A stretch of DNA of 64,000 nt, taken from contig CAVPRW010000008.1 of the NCBI GenBank assembly GCA_963707985.1, positions 32,001 through 96,000 on the forward strand, given 5' to 3'. Below the pieces are notes generated by a model, which saw only the letters and a program-made list of their open reading frames with translations, was not told the origin of the DNA and did no database searches. The stretch comes from an uncultured Nitrospinota bacterium (GTDB lineage Bacteria; Tectomicrobia; Entotheonellia; J063; CAVPRW01). Shown in pieces: positions 12,500 through 25,412 of this stretch (position 1 is its first letter; the number at the start of each line of letters is the position of its first letter). The translations under genes were made by a program, and so were the position numbers.

Positions 12500-13426
12500 T
12501 TACTTGACAGCCCGGATGAAAATAGTATTGTTGAAGAAAGGTTCTTTGTTGAGCTCAGGGTTATCCTGCCATTTCCCCATGAGTTCATAGATCTCAGGTG
12601 TCTTCGAATTCCAATAACGGTTCCATGGCGCGTTCATATACGCGAGCTCATAGCGGCTGAAGTGTGCCTTCGCCATCAAGTTTACCACCTCGCAAGGCGT
12701 ATATTCTCGGTTATGACGATCGAAGCCCCCATAGAAAATTTCGGGATCCCAGAAAATGTTATCCCCTTTGATTAATGCCAGAACATTGCTAATGTTAGCA
12801 ACATTGGGGGTTGATAGGACCATGAGCCCACCCGGCTTCAGTACCCTTTTAATCTCTAGGAGGATTTTCAATGGATCGGTGACAGCAATATGCTCTAATA
12901 CCTCGGTAAAGACCACGTATTCGAAGAAGGCATCGGGGAAGGGGATTGGCTCGTGCTCGAACGCCACATGCTTGATTTTAAGGCGTTCCACCCATGATTG
13001 GCTCAGGTACTTCTTCAGGTATTCCGTATTAAGGTCAATGCCGTATACCTCAAAGCCTGCTTTGATTAACGCCATCGCCACATGACCTGGGGAACAGCCT
13101 AGGTCCAGAACCGTTCCCTTTGGGCGATCGACAATCAGCTGTAGAGCATATTGATACCGATCTCGCGAATTACGGAAGTACGCTAAAATATCTTCCCCCA
13201 TTGAAGCGATCTCATTTTTTACTTCTTCCAGTAGAGTTTCGGCCAATTGGAACGACGACTTGTTGACTAGTAGATTTGCCTTGGGAAATGCTCCCTCAAT
13301 GTTTGCTAGTGTGCTATCGGAGAGAGTTCTGGCAGGAGCTGCGGGGAAAAACTCCGACGGCTTGTGGAGACCTTTGCTGATCTGTCCCACGTGCTCCTCG
13401 ACCTCAATCGACTGCCCGTCATTCAT
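12500..13426 (-). CDS. Class I SAM-dependent methyltransferase
   Basis: VLDLGCSPG, FEYVVFTEVLEHI, RVLKPGG and STPN motifs. Confidence 0.9.
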   Translation of the reverse strand: MNDGQSIEVEEHVGQISKGLHKPSEFFPAAPARTLSDSTLANIEGAFPKANLLVNKSSFQLAETLLEEVKNEIASMGEDILAYFRNSRDRYQYALQLIVDRPKGTVLDLGCSPGHVAMALIKAGFEVYGIDLNTEYLKKYLSQSWVERLKIKHVAFEHEPIPFPDAFFEYVVFTEVLEHIAVTDPLKILLEIKRVLKPGGLMVLSTPNVANISNVLALIKGDNIFWDPEIFYGGFDRHNREYTPCEVVNLMAKAHFSRYELAYMNAPWNRYWNSKTPEIYELMGKWQDNPELNKEPFFNNTIFIRAVK

Positions 13427-13536
13427 GACCTCTCCTTAATTCTGCCCTATGAGGTTGACCAAAGTTAGGTTACACAAAAGCGCTGACGTCATGGCTTCCA
13501 AGGGACGATTTGTAGACCAATTTACTGACCCGAACC

Positions 13537-14823
13537 CTGGTTGACTGACAAAAGTGAGGCGTCCTCTCCCACACTCCTCAGCTTGGTTTATACTCTCTTT
13601 GGGACAACCATTTTCCAAGGAGGGTCAACATGGAGAGCACGCCTCGTCTGTATGATACGCTGGTACACATCTTAAGCCAACATCAAAATTGGCTGGATCG
13701 TCGGCATCTCAAGACCCTGGCCTGGATGATGGTGGGCCTCATCCAGTCTGGAAAAATCAGTCTCACGGCGTGGGCACCCTATGTGCACAGCCGAGCCGTG
13801 TACGCGCAGAGCACGGTGCGGCGGTTTGCGCGCTGGCTCGACAATGACACGCATAGACGTGCATGCGCTCTATGGTCCCCTCATGCAGCAAGCCCTGGCC
13901 GAGTGGGGAAACCAGGTTCTGTATCTGGCCCTGGATACGTCGATGCTGTGGAATACCTACTGTTTGGTGCGCATCTCGCTCGTGTATCGTGGTAGGGCCG
14001 TCCCGCTCGTGTGGACAGTGCTGGAACACGCAAGCAGTCGCGTGGCCTATGACGTGTATAAAGCTGTGCTGGATCAGGTGGCTGAGCTGCTTCCTTGCCG
14101 GTGTACTGTCGTCTTTACCGCGGATCGTGGCTTTGCAGACACGCATCTTATGGAACATCTGACGGGTTGGGTTGGCATTGGCGCATTCGGATCAAAGGGA
14201 GTTTTTGGATATATCGCCATGGGAAGCGTCCCTGCAAAGTGAATCGTATTCCGTTGTCCCAGGGAAGGCGCTCTTCTGGCATCATGTCTCCATGACCAAG
14301 CAGGGTTATGGCCCCGTCCATCTGGCCCTGGGTCGGCCCATAGGCACGTCAGGAATACTGGTTCGTGGTGAGCGATGAGCCCACGGAGTCAAGAACGTTT
14401 GAGGAGTATGGACTGCGTTTTGACATCGAAGAGAACTTCTTGGATGATAAATCCAATGGGTTCCAGCTGGAGTCGTCGCTGATCCGTTCGGCGAACGCCC
14501 TAGAACGTCTCTGTTGCGTGCTGGCCCTCACGACCCTCTATCTGGTTGCCCAGGGCACAGAAGTGGTCACACAAGGCAAACGTCGCTGGGTCGACGCGCA
14601 TTGGTTTCGTGGCCAGAGCTATCTGAAGATTGGCTGGAATTGGGTGAAACTTGCCGTGAGTAAGGGGTATGATCTCATCACCAAATTGCATGTATCCCCT
14701 GAAGCCGATCCTGTCCCCGCCATGGCCTCAAAAATTCAGCCCCAGAAACACTCTCAGCTGTTCTTCGCTCTGGAGTTCCAAGATGCCGTCGCATGATAGT
14801 CCAGAGTTTTGTCAGTCAATCAG
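13537..14823 (+). mobile_element. IS4-family element (transposase 13630..14796, frameshifted)
   Basis: TIR CTGGTTGACTGACAAAA / TTTTGTCAGTCAATCAG (one mismatch). LALDTS, ADRGF and YGLRFDIEENFLDDKS motifs. Confidence 0.88.
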
Positions 14824-16206
<1,383 letters not shown>

Positions 16207-16362
16207 GTTCACCTAGGGCCGAAACAGGTAAGAATTATGGGTCCGCCTGGGAGGCGTCCATGCGTGGTGCGAGGGGTCAGCCCACCATATGGATCCCAAA
16301 TAGGAATTAAAGGGTAACACCACACGCTGATATTCAAAGGCCTGTCACCACAGGGCAGCTCG

Positions 16363-17614
16363 TCACTCGCCTCCCTTTCGCAATATAACTGACATACTCG
16401 ATGTCCTGAGGTCTTCTTCAGGGTATCTCTCTTTCAGTTTAGTGAATTCCTCCGACCGTTCCGCCCCCTCAATAGAAAAACTCTGATGAATATGTTTTTC
16501 GACAATATTGAGGTCTGTGTTGTTAAAAATTTCCAGATATTGGTTTACGCTATAACCATTGAGCGTGTCTAGGATGTTATCTACCTCGTTAGGCACTTTC
16601 CCGGCATCGAGAATGATCTTCTTAATCTCAGCTCTTTCATGGAGGAGATGGATTCCACGGAATGTCAGTCAGGCCAGATAAGTGATGACCCACATCGGAA
16701 AAATAGAGAGGACTGAACTGAAGAAAAACGTGTCCTCCGGGCTTTAACACGCGTGAGATCTCTTGCAACGCGCGGCCCGGATTAGGAATGTGCTCAAACG
16801 CATTCAGCGAGAAGACGAAGTCAAATAATCCATCCCGAAACAACAATTGCTGTGCATCCATCGTGAAGAAGGCACAGTTATCAATCACCTGCTCAAGTTG
16901 CTGAATCCGTTCAAAGCCGGGCTCCTGTATGAGGGCAGGCAAATGACGCCTCATGCGTCGCAAAAGCTCACCCCGAAAAGAGTCCCCTGTAATTGAGTCA
17001 TAGCGATGGAGATCGACCCCAAACACTCTGGCCCCCGTCCTCGCCGCTAAGAGAACTGTGCTCCACCCCATGCCTCCACCGACGTCCAGGATCATGCTAT
17101 CAGGACGTAGCATGCAGTTGTCCAGCGTTGCGGATAACGGAAACTCAGCGGCTCTGAAGACTCGTACTTGATCAGCTAAATAGCGCCTTTCATCGAAGCC
17201 ATCCCAACCACTATTGAGATCAATCGTATCGACCCCATATATGGGAAGACCCAAAATGCGTGGGTCGCTTTCCGATGGCTCTATATGATCCACACGGAAA
17301 CAAATTTCCACCGACCCTGATGTAGTCAAAGGCTTCGACGGCAGATGAAAATAATATGAGCCATAACGGTCAATCCGCTCGGTCCCGAGAAATGCCCCAT
17401 CGAGGTAGATTGTAAGATAGCACTCGTTGCGCCCGGTGGTTGCAGTGACTCTGAGCATGGGGCTCGCAAGGTGGATCAGGTGTTCCGTAGGCAACCAGCA
17501 CTTGGCCTCTTGCTTGATCCACCGGAAGGCATCCGGCAACTCTAGCTCATAGAACCCGTGTTCCTCAGGGTAGTCAGGAACGAAGATTTCCGATGTCGGG
17601 AATAGGCGGACCAT
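16363..17614 (-). CDS. SAM methyltransferase with an N-terminal beta-sandwich domain (one frameshift near 16640)
   Basis: ILDVGGGMG, FDFVFSLNAFEHI and RVLKPGG motifs. Continues in ORF 16363..16596. Confidence 0.85.
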
Positions 17615-17643
17615 CTTGGGTAATCTCCCGCAACTGATTTACT

Positions 17644-18272
17644 GGTTAATCCCAGGGTGTGATGGGGTAAAATATCAAGTTTCACCATCACGGGGTGCGT
17701 TATGTGACAGAGAATGCCCGGCAACGCCCGCAGGACCGCCGCGGTACGTCACGCAATCCAGCAGAGTTAAGAGAGCATCGCCAAGCTTACCAAGCGTAAT
17801 GACCTGAACCCCAAAACTGTGGCGCCATGAAAGAAGCAGACGCCGGTGCACGATGCCCCAATGGGCCCGAAGCAACCATGCTCCACAATACTGACGCTGG
17901 AGGAACCAGCGCTGATGGTTGCGTTTCGCACGCATGCACTGTTGCTGCTGGAAGACTACCTATATGCCTTGCAAGCCACGTGGCCTCACCTGCCTCGATC
18001 GACACAGCATCGCTGCCTGCAGCGGCATGGCACCAGCTGCGTTGTGGAACGTATGAACCGCACGCTCACCTATGCCACCGTGAAAACATATCCCTACCAG
18101 ACCAATCATTAGCCGAAAGAGCATGTGCAGGCCTTCCTGATGGTCTCTCACGTTGCGAAGTGCCTCAACACTTTCAAAGGACTAACACCTGAGGAACACA
18201 TCTGCAGATGCTAGTCAAAAGTGCCGGTACGCTTAACCATGAATCCGCACTATCACACCTTGGGACTAAATA
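17644..18272 (+). mobile_element. Internally deleted IS481-family remnant
   Basis: MGPKQPCSTILT..YALQAT.PHL.RS..HRCLQRHG and VERMNRT motifs. Imperfect TIRs TTAATCCCAGGGTGTGAT / ATCACACCTTGGGACTAA. Confidence 0.8.
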
Positions 18273-18994
18273 TGCTCCCAGACAATAAGTATCCGGGTGG
18301 ACGCCCATCTTCTTAGGGGGCTCAAGAAACGCTCGCATACTCTTGCCATCCCAATTAGTGTTTGTGGAACTGGACGCGCACTTCTAAAGCCCAGAGTAGC
18401 CAGATAGGGTAGTCCAAGAAAAGGAGCAGCCTGGAGCAAGCGCAATGCCGGTGGCCCCGGTTTGAAATGCTTTAAGAGCTTGAACGGAATAGCGGCATTC
18501 CCATCAAACGCCTGCTTGCCCAACTCACCAAAGGGGCAACACACATCGACTGCGAGAGAACACTCCTCGTGGTGAAAATATCGATAGAGAAGATAAGATG
18601 GGACTGTAATCCACGGTTCAATCATCGCCAAGCGTCCGCCTGGACAGAGAACGCGGACAACTTCGGCTAGGAACTCCACGGGCTTGGGCAGGTGGTGCAG
18701 GACATCTACCATGACCAACGCACCGATGCTACCAGACTGGAAGGGGAGGAAGCCTGCGTCACAGACGACGTCGGCATACGTGGTTGGCACGACATCAGTC
18801 GAGATCAGTTGGGGGTAATATTCCTTAAAAAATCCCGGACCCGCACCTATCTCGACAATGGGACACAGGCCCTCGACGCAATGCAGTAGCTGTGCAAACC
18901 ATGCTTCATAGACCGCACGTAACTCGGGTCGTGCCGCCCAGATGGTTCGGTGTCGGCGTATAATCTCCTGATCGGACATAGCCACCTGCATCAT
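18266..18994 (-). CDS. Class I SAM methyltransferase
   Basis: VEIGAGPG, DVLHH and MIEP motifs. Coupled to the upstream GT. Confidence 0.85.
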   Translation of the reverse strand: MMQVAMSDQEIIRRHRTIWAARPELRAVYEAWFAQLLHCVEGLCPIVEIGAGPGFFKEYYPQLISTDVVPTTYADVVCDAGFLPFQSGSIGALVMVDVLHHLPKPVEFLAEVVRVLCPGGRLAMIEPWITVPSYLLYRYFHHEECSLAVDVCCPFGELGKQAFDGNAAIPFKLLKHFKPGPPALRLLQAAPFLGLPYLATLGFRSARPVPQTLIGMARVCERFLSPLRRWASTRILIVWEHI

Positions 18995-20514
18995 GGGATG
19001 AAGAGCAATTTATGGGCGGCTGTGAAGGACATCTTCAGCAGCAGCCAGCCATGGCTGAACCGGCTAATGTTCGTCGTCCCATAGGTCCGCTGCCGATAAC
19101 GAATGGGGATCTCGACAATCTTCAGGTTCTGCTTGGCCGCGCCAAACAGCAGATCGAAGTCACCAAACGGATCGAAGTCACCAAAATAGGCCCGACCGTT
19201 GGCGATGCGTTCGTAGTCGCTGCGATACAGCACCTTCGTGCCGCAGAGCGCGTCTTTGATCGCTTGACCTAAGAGGCGACTCAGCAGGAGCGCAAAGAAT
19301 TTGTTCCCTAACAGATTCAGGAAACGCATGGCGTGCGGGTCCTTCGCATAGACCAGCCGTGAGCCATTGATGAACTCACCCTTCCCGCTGACGAGGGCGT
19401 CATAAAATTGCGGGAGATCCTCCGGAGCCACGCTGAGATCCGCATCCAAGATCATGAGAATGTCCCCGCTGGCCTTCGAAAATCCCAAGCGCACGGCATC
19501 GCCTTTGCCCCGACCCTCCTGGACCAAGACCGTGATGTCTTGCGTGGGTTCGCTCGCGGCGATGCGCCGACACTCCTCAAGCGTGTGATCCTGGGAATGC
19601 CCCTCAACCAAGATGAGCTCGGTATGGGACCCCATCGCCGGCAGTCGGCGGACGAGCGGTTCGAGGTTACCCGCCTCGTTGCGGCAGGGGCAGATCACGG
19701 ACACCCGTGGGACGACCTCAGACTGTGGCAGCCCTGTCGGCCTCGCAATCATCCAGTTTGTCAGACACATCCAACGCAAGCCCGGCACGTGGGCCAGATA
19801 GCGATTCGCGAGCGTGGTTAGCAGCGGGACCCGCAGGGGCCACAGGACATGCGGACGGCGATGCACCACCTCGAAGTCCGCCAGGTACAGCAGGTTGTGC
19901 ACGTCCTCGACCGTCGTCCAGTTCAGCAGCGGCTGGGGATACTTCAGCCCGAGCGTCTCAGCCAAGCCCAACAGCGGTTGCCAGAGCCGACTGTACCAAT
20001 GCATCACCACCCGCGTGCGCGGGTGACACACCTTGCGCAACTGCTCAAAGACTAGGCGAATATCGTAGAGATACCCGACCAGATCGGACAGGACAATGAA
20101 GTCGAACGGCTCTCCCGAAAGGTCCAGGTGTTCCGCGGCCATCTGGCGAAAAAGTAGGTCGGGATACTTCTTGGCGGCCAGGCGCACCATCTGGCCAGAA
20201 ATGTCGACGCCCACACCAAAGGAAGGTTTCAGTGCGGCCAATAAATCGCCATTGCCGCTACCAATTTCGAGTACCCTGGCATCTGTGGGTACGTAGAAGC
20301 GGGCCAGGGAGGCGATGGCCTGGTGGTACCCTGCATTACGGTGATGCCAATGATCAACCTGAGCCGCGTAGTGGTCGAAGAACACTTCCCAGTGCCGCAA
20401 GTACTGATCCAAGCTCTCTGGAGGACTTTCCCTGCGTATGGTTCTAACCCACTTCGCACGGCCCCGCTTCTCTTGCACGACATTTGCTGCATCGACGGAA
20501 TGCATGAGAGCCAT
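18991..20514 (-). CDS. Fused SAM-methyltransferase-like domain and GT2 glycosyltransferase (DPM-synthase-like)
   Basis: VLEIGSGNG in the N-terminus, then SVICPCRNEAG, ILDADL, INGSRL, DALCGTK and DPFGDFDLL. Confidence 0.9.
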   Translation of the reverse strand: MALMHSVDAANVVQEKRGRAKWVRTIRRESPPESLDQYLRHWEVFFDHYAAQVDHWHHRNAGYHQAIASLARFYVPTDARVLEIGSGNGDLLAALKPSFGVGVDISGQMVRLAAKKYPDLLFRQMAAEHLDLSGEPFDFIVLSDLVGYLYDIRLVFEQLRKVCHPRTRVVMHWYSRLWQPLLGLAETLGLKYPQPLLNWTTVEDVHNLLYLADFEVVHRRPHVLWPLRVPLLTTLANRYLAHVPGLRWMCLTNWMIARPTGLPQSEVVPRVSVICPCRNEAGNLEPLVRRLPAMGSHTELILVEGHSQDHTLEECRRIAASEPTQDITVLVQEGRGKGDAVRLGFSKASGDILMILDADLSVAPEDLPQFYDALVSGKGEFINGSRLVYAKDPHAMRFLNLLGNKFFALLLSRLLGQAIKDALCGTKVLYRSDYERIANGRAYFGDFDPFGDFDLLFGAAKQNLKIVEIPIRYRQRTYGTTNISRFSHGWLLLKMSFTAAHKLLFIP

Positions 20515-21062
20515 AGCACTATCCTACTCGACAGTTCAGATGTGTGGCATGCCCATACGCTCGGACAAGAACCATGCCCCGCGGCATGGCCGATAGGTGA
20601 GCAAAAACGTATTTCTCCGTGCGGCCCTGGGATAACCAGTCAAGGGCGAAGGCCAATCGCGGCTGAGTCAATGCGCGCGCCTACAGCCGGCAAGCGTATC
20701 ACACGGTTTGGATGAGGCCCTCCGTTCGACCCGGTCCAGCAGGCAGGTACGTCAGGTGCGACAACGAATAGGCTACATAGATCAGGGATCCCTTTTTCCC
20801 AATGCTTACGAGAGTACCGTATGGAATTGGCATTAAAGCCCAATGCCCCTTTGTTGTCCTCATGGAAAGCTTTCGTTGGTCATCGGTGCGAATACATTAC
20901 AGCCGCTTTTTCCTGATTTTGTCACGGGTCGCCAGCGCCAAATGCAAAAAGAAAAATTCGCGAGGGTCGCGACGTTCCTGCTTAGGGTTAGTCACAGCTT
21001 CAGTGCTCTAGAGCCGCCATGGGCTGAATCTTCGAACGTATCATGAGATTCCGTCCAGTCCG

Positions 21063-22581
21063 CTAGCGCTTAGCGAAAATGATGACGTTATGGATGTCCG
21101 CCACCATGTGATACTCCGGGGATGCTTGCAGGTAAGCGAAGAAATACCGAACGGCTTCCTCACCGAAATATGGTTGACTTTGGCGTAAGTCAAAGACGAC
21201 GAAATCAGGCCGCAACGAGCCATTCATGACGTTGTGGGCATCATTGTGCATGATGAAAAGTTCGCCTCGCGGTGGCACGTAGGCACCGATGGTGAAGGAT
21301 GCCAGTACACTTGTGTGGTGATCCGCCAAAATGGAGTTCAGTGCACGGTGAATCGGGATAAACTGGTGAATCCGCAGCTCGTGGGCGAACACATCGGGCA
21401 GAGTCGGGCCCCGTGTGAGGGTCAGCGGTGGACGTACCTGCCAGACAATACCTACGGCCACAATGGTGCACAGAGCTGTCTGCACTGCTGTACGTGCTGG
21501 GATCAGCTGGGGGAAGCGAGTTCGCAGCCGGACCCATAGACGTTCCAGATTGATCAGGGCGAACGGGAGCGTGAGGGCATATAGCACAACGGAGGGAAGG
21601 TTGAAATAGAAGACAAGGCTACTGTGGTAAATCTCTGTCGAATTGACCCATAAGTAGAGTACCGCGAGACATGAGAAACCGCCATCCAGCCAGAACCGGC
21701 AGGAAAAGATAGCTCAAGTTGAAGTCCAAACCGGAGCCAGTGATGAGGCGCTTCCCTGTCTCCCAGGGATGGGTGACAAGGTATTGAAGCACTTCCCCCC
21801 TCGATTGGCCGTACGCCCAAATCTTCAGGAAGTAATCCAAATTCAAGGCGTCTGGGTATAAGATTGGATACAGGAAATACAGAACAACAACATAATATGT
21901 CACTGCCGTACCCAGATACAGAGCCGCGTGCCTGGTCGAAATACGGCCTAGTAGGATGAGTGATGCCGCTATTCCATAGATCCATACATCTTCCTTGACG
22001 CTCAACGCGATCACTAAACAGAGTAGAGCCAGCCAACTATTTCCACGCACGGCAAGGAGCGCGAATCCCATGAGGGCCAACACCATCAACACGTCGTGGT
22101 GGGGGTACAAGTTTGCGACCATGAAGTACGGATTCACCACCAAAGTGAGATAGCACAGAGCAGCCAGTGATGACGAGCCGAGGATCGCTTGTGCGAACTT
22201 GTAGTACAGCCATGCGCTTGTTGCGAAGGCGACTGAATAGAACATCACGAGGAAGAAGAGGCTACGAGTCAGGTGGACAAGAGGCGATAAAACATAGAAA
22301 ACTGGCACGAAATGAAAGTTAAAAATGTCCGTATTCCAGTCATAATAATAAAACTCCCCACGTTCAAACAGGTTATTGAGGACGTTGAGGAAAGTACCGG
22401 AGTCATGCCAGTGGAATTGAAACGTTAGGTACATATAGATAGTCGGCAGGACATAGATCAGCGTGGCGAGCGTCAAGGGCCATAGCCGGCCGAAAGCCAG
22501 CCGGTATACAAACATCCATGCGCACTTTATCTTACCTATCACATAAGACATCTCAATATTTATTACGTGGTATAGTTCCAT
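21063..22581 (-). CDS. DUF2079-like polytopic membrane protein, putative GT-C (frameshifted)
   Basis: DSGTF, HFVP, PHHD and LSVKED motifs with many TM segments. Confidence 0.7.
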
Positions 22582-22602
22582 GGCCCATGGGCGTCTCCCT
22601 AA

Positions 22603-23004
22603 TGTAATGCTCCCTATTGCACAAGCGGTGACGAACGGAAAGCTGTGGCCAGTGTAGGACTCCCGTTCAACCTGCTTGGGCGTCCTGTAGCCCACAGCTG
22701 AATGCAAATAATGCTCATTGTCATCATCAATCTACGACCCTACAACTCTGATGAGAGTATAGGGACACCTCCACTCGTGCAGCCGGGAGCATTCGTTTTT
22801 CAGGGTCCGCATGCAACGCTCTGTATCCGCATTGCTTTTAGGGTTGTTGTAAATGGTGAAGGCTTGGTGGATCTCCAAAGCGTCTGGCCCTGCATGCAAC
22901 CAGCGGTGCAAGCCGCCCTGACTCTGCCCTAAAGTAATGGGCAGGTCGAAGGCCAGATCACGTAATTGACACACCTGAAGCGGCAAAACTATGGGTGCAC
23001 TATA
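22603..23004 (-). mobile_element. Internally deleted IS3-family remnant
   Basis: NPKSNADTERCMRTLKNE and HSAVGYRTP motifs, with imperfect terminal repeats. Confidence 0.7.
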
Positions 23005-23139
23005 CTTGATTTCCTCCACCGCTGGATGCTGCGCACCACCTGATGCGCCACTACCTGAGCACGAACTCTGCGGGAGAACCCTGGACCTAGATCATTGGTT
23101 AAGATGGCAAGGAACCATAACCCAGCCAGTGAATGGAGG

Positions 23140-23440
23140 GGCATATTGATGACCAGGGAACGAAACTACTATGATCCATAGTTGAGGTTCCAACTGCCTC
23201 AGCCGCCTCCAAAGGGGTTGAAGACAATCAACAAGCTGGCCAACGAGCCCGGGGTACATCCAAAGCATGTCAGCGACTGGAAGAGCCAGCTGCTGGAGGC
23301 CGGGAGCACAATTTTCAGTCGTAATAGAGTCTACCACCAACAATAGAATTAAGAGCTGTAGGTGAACCCCTACCTGCAAATCAGCCGCCGCAGGAATGAT
23401 CTGAGTGGGTGCCAAAAAGCTAACCGACCCGATTGAAGTC
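23140..23440 (+). pseudogene. Degenerate IS3 orfA remnant
   Basis: Decayed KTINKLANE.GVHP..VS.WK.QLLEAG HTH pattern. Confidence 0.55.
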
Positions 23441-23488
23441 AAAAGGTCGATCTCTTCTACCTCTTTGCGATCCCGTGTCGCACACCGT

Positions 23489-24508
23489 TCATGGCACGCC
23501 CTGAAAAGGCCATAGCTTTGCCCCCCTAGTGGGCGCCGTGGGAGCGAAGATCGATTGAAGGCTTGGAAGATCGATGAACAAGAGGATGCTCATCAGAATC
23601 GCGCAGGCGACGACCGTGGCCATCAGCACTGGCTCATGGTAGAGCTTCTCAGGCCGCTGGACCGCACTATCCGCCTGAAACGCTAAAGCTAGATAGAGGG
23701 CCATAATCAGAGCCACCAAAGGGAATGAGATGATAAGCTCCAGTCGATACCGAATAATAAAGGCGCCGAAAAACAGCATCGCGGCGGAGCTATAAAACAT
23801 GATTGAGACGAGTAATCGCTGTTCATTGTAGAAGCCAAAAGACTTGCGGTACGCAGCCGCTTGGATGGGATTGCAGAGGTCTCGGTACTCGGCAAAGCGT
23901 TTAATCGCCATGAGATAACACCCGATCATCCAATAGCTCAGCAACAATGAAGCAGGGACCACAGTCGCATGGTCTACGATGAACCAACCCGCCAGCATGC
24001 GCAAGGGATTATTGACCGCTTCGGAGAGCACGTCGACATACGGCACATCCTTGCTTCGGAGCGGCGGCAGATTATAGATGCATCCCATGATCCAGAGACA
24101 CAGCACGGTTAACATAAAGGGGATAGAGATCATTCCCCCGAGGCCCACGCCTGCGATCATCAGGGCGAGCCACTGCCCGTAGGCGAGCGGAATGTTCACC
24201 TGGCCGGACGGCACAGGACGATGACGCTTGGAAGGGTGCTGGCGATCGAAGGGCGCATCCGCGATTTCGTTGATAACATAGTTGCTTGACGTCACCAGGC
24301 AGACAGACACTAAACCCGCTACGATGTGTGCGAGCAGCGTGGGGGTGATTGGAACCCGAGCGAGGCCGAGTGCTGTCACAATGCCCGGCAACACAAAGAT
24401 GTTTTTTACCCAATGGTCGAGGCGAGCGATCTGGAGATGACCCCTCAACGACGGGCCTGGCAAGCCACGCATTTTGTCGATGCTGTGTAGCGATTTATGT
24501 GCTCTCAC
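23489..24508 (-). CDS. UbiA-family prenyltransferase, decaprenyl-phosphate phosphoribosyltransferase-like
   Basis: RLDHWVKN, YVINEIADAPFDRQHPSKRHRPVPSG and AIKRFAE motifs. Confidence 0.85.
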   Translation of the reverse strand: MRAHKSLHSIDKMRGLPGPSLRGHLQIARLDHWVKNIFVLPGIVTALGLARVPITPTLLAHIVAGLVSVCLVTSSNYVINEIADAPFDRQHPSKRHRPVPSGQVNIPLAYGQWLALMIAGVGLGGMISIPFMLTVLCLWIMGCIYNLPPLRSKDVPYVDVLSEAVNNPLRMLAGWFIVDHATVVPASLLLSYWMIGCYLMAIKRFAEYRDLCNPIQAAAYRKSFGFYNEQRLLVSIMFYSSAAMLFFGAFIIRYRLELIISFPLVALIMALYLALAFQADSAVQRPEKLYHEPVLMATVVACAILMSILLFIDLPSLQSIFAPTAPTRGAKLWPFQGVP

Positions 24509-25412
24509 GATGGGTCCCTTCTGCCGTACGCTGGAGAAACACGACGAACGAATCATGAAGGTTGAGCGGCACCACTAGGTTATACAGCCAACGCAGCAAC
24601 GATACACGTAGGGCTAATTGATTGACCCAACCGATGGGGAGATACATCGCCAGGCGCTCCATCAGATAGCGCAGAGGGAAAAACCACTTGGCACGACACT
24701 GTCGGACGATTGACAATCCAGCGCCCTGGCTTGCCTGCTCCAGGGAGCGCCGGTTAAAGTAGCCGACATGTGCTAGGCGGAAATGCCACCACCGCTGGCC
24801 AAGGATGGTGGCTGCAAGACTGGAGACGTCGGGCGTCACGACGACCACGACCCCCCTGGGGCTGAGCGCTTGTGCACAGTCCCGAAGCAGCGCCACCGGG
24901 TGGGATACATGCTCGATTACATCCACCAGGAAGATGATATCGAACTGTTGGTTAGTCAGGGTTGCATGCGGAAACACCCCTTGCAGGATATCCACGGCAT
25001 GCAGCTGGCGTGCACTCTCGACGAGGGCGCGACTGGGCTCAACCCCCACGGCCTGCAGTCCTAACTGCTTCGCCTCCGCCACCAGCAGCCCCGTTCCTGC
25101 CCCGATATCCAGCACCGATACAGCCGTGGGATGTACCGTCTGTGCCACGCGCAAGACCCAGCGCATTTGCAGCGCCCGAGTCTCCTGGGTCTCGACATAG
25201 CCGGGGTCCGATAACTGCTCATATAATGAAACCAATTCACTCAGGTCTTCGTCGTTGGCGAAAATAAAATCACACGTGCCGCATTTCCACAGGGACAGCG
25301 TGACGCCATAACGGCGATCAGTGATTTGGAGATCCTCAGGGACCAATGAACGGTGGATGTTCCGAGCCTTCCACGGTCGAGTGTCGGCCGATCCGCATAC
25401 CCAACATCTCAT
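24495..25412 (-). CDS. SAM methyltransferase with an N-terminal zinc ribbon
   Basis: CWVC...CGTC, VLDIGAGTG, DVIEH and TPD motifs. Confidence 0.88.
   Translation of the reverse strand: MRCWVCGSADTRPWKARNIHRSLVPEDLQITDRRYGVTLSLWKCGTCDFIFANDEDLSELVSLYEQLSDPGYVETQETRALQMRWVLRVAQTVHPTAVSVLDIGAGTGLLVAEAKQLGLQAVGVEPSRALVESARQLHAVDILQGVFPHATLTNQQFDIIFLVDVIEHVSHPVALLRDCAQALSPRGVVVVVTPDVSSLAATILGQRWWHFRLAHVGYFNRRSLEQASQGAGLSIVRQCRAKWFFPLRYLMERLAMYLPIGWVNQLALRVSLLRWLYNLVVPLNLHDSFVVFLQRTAEGTHREST

Noticed and set aside
11455..12588. 377-aa minus-strand ORF
   Set aside because: It is a chance chain through three IS remnants. Only the ISKra4-like fragment looks real.
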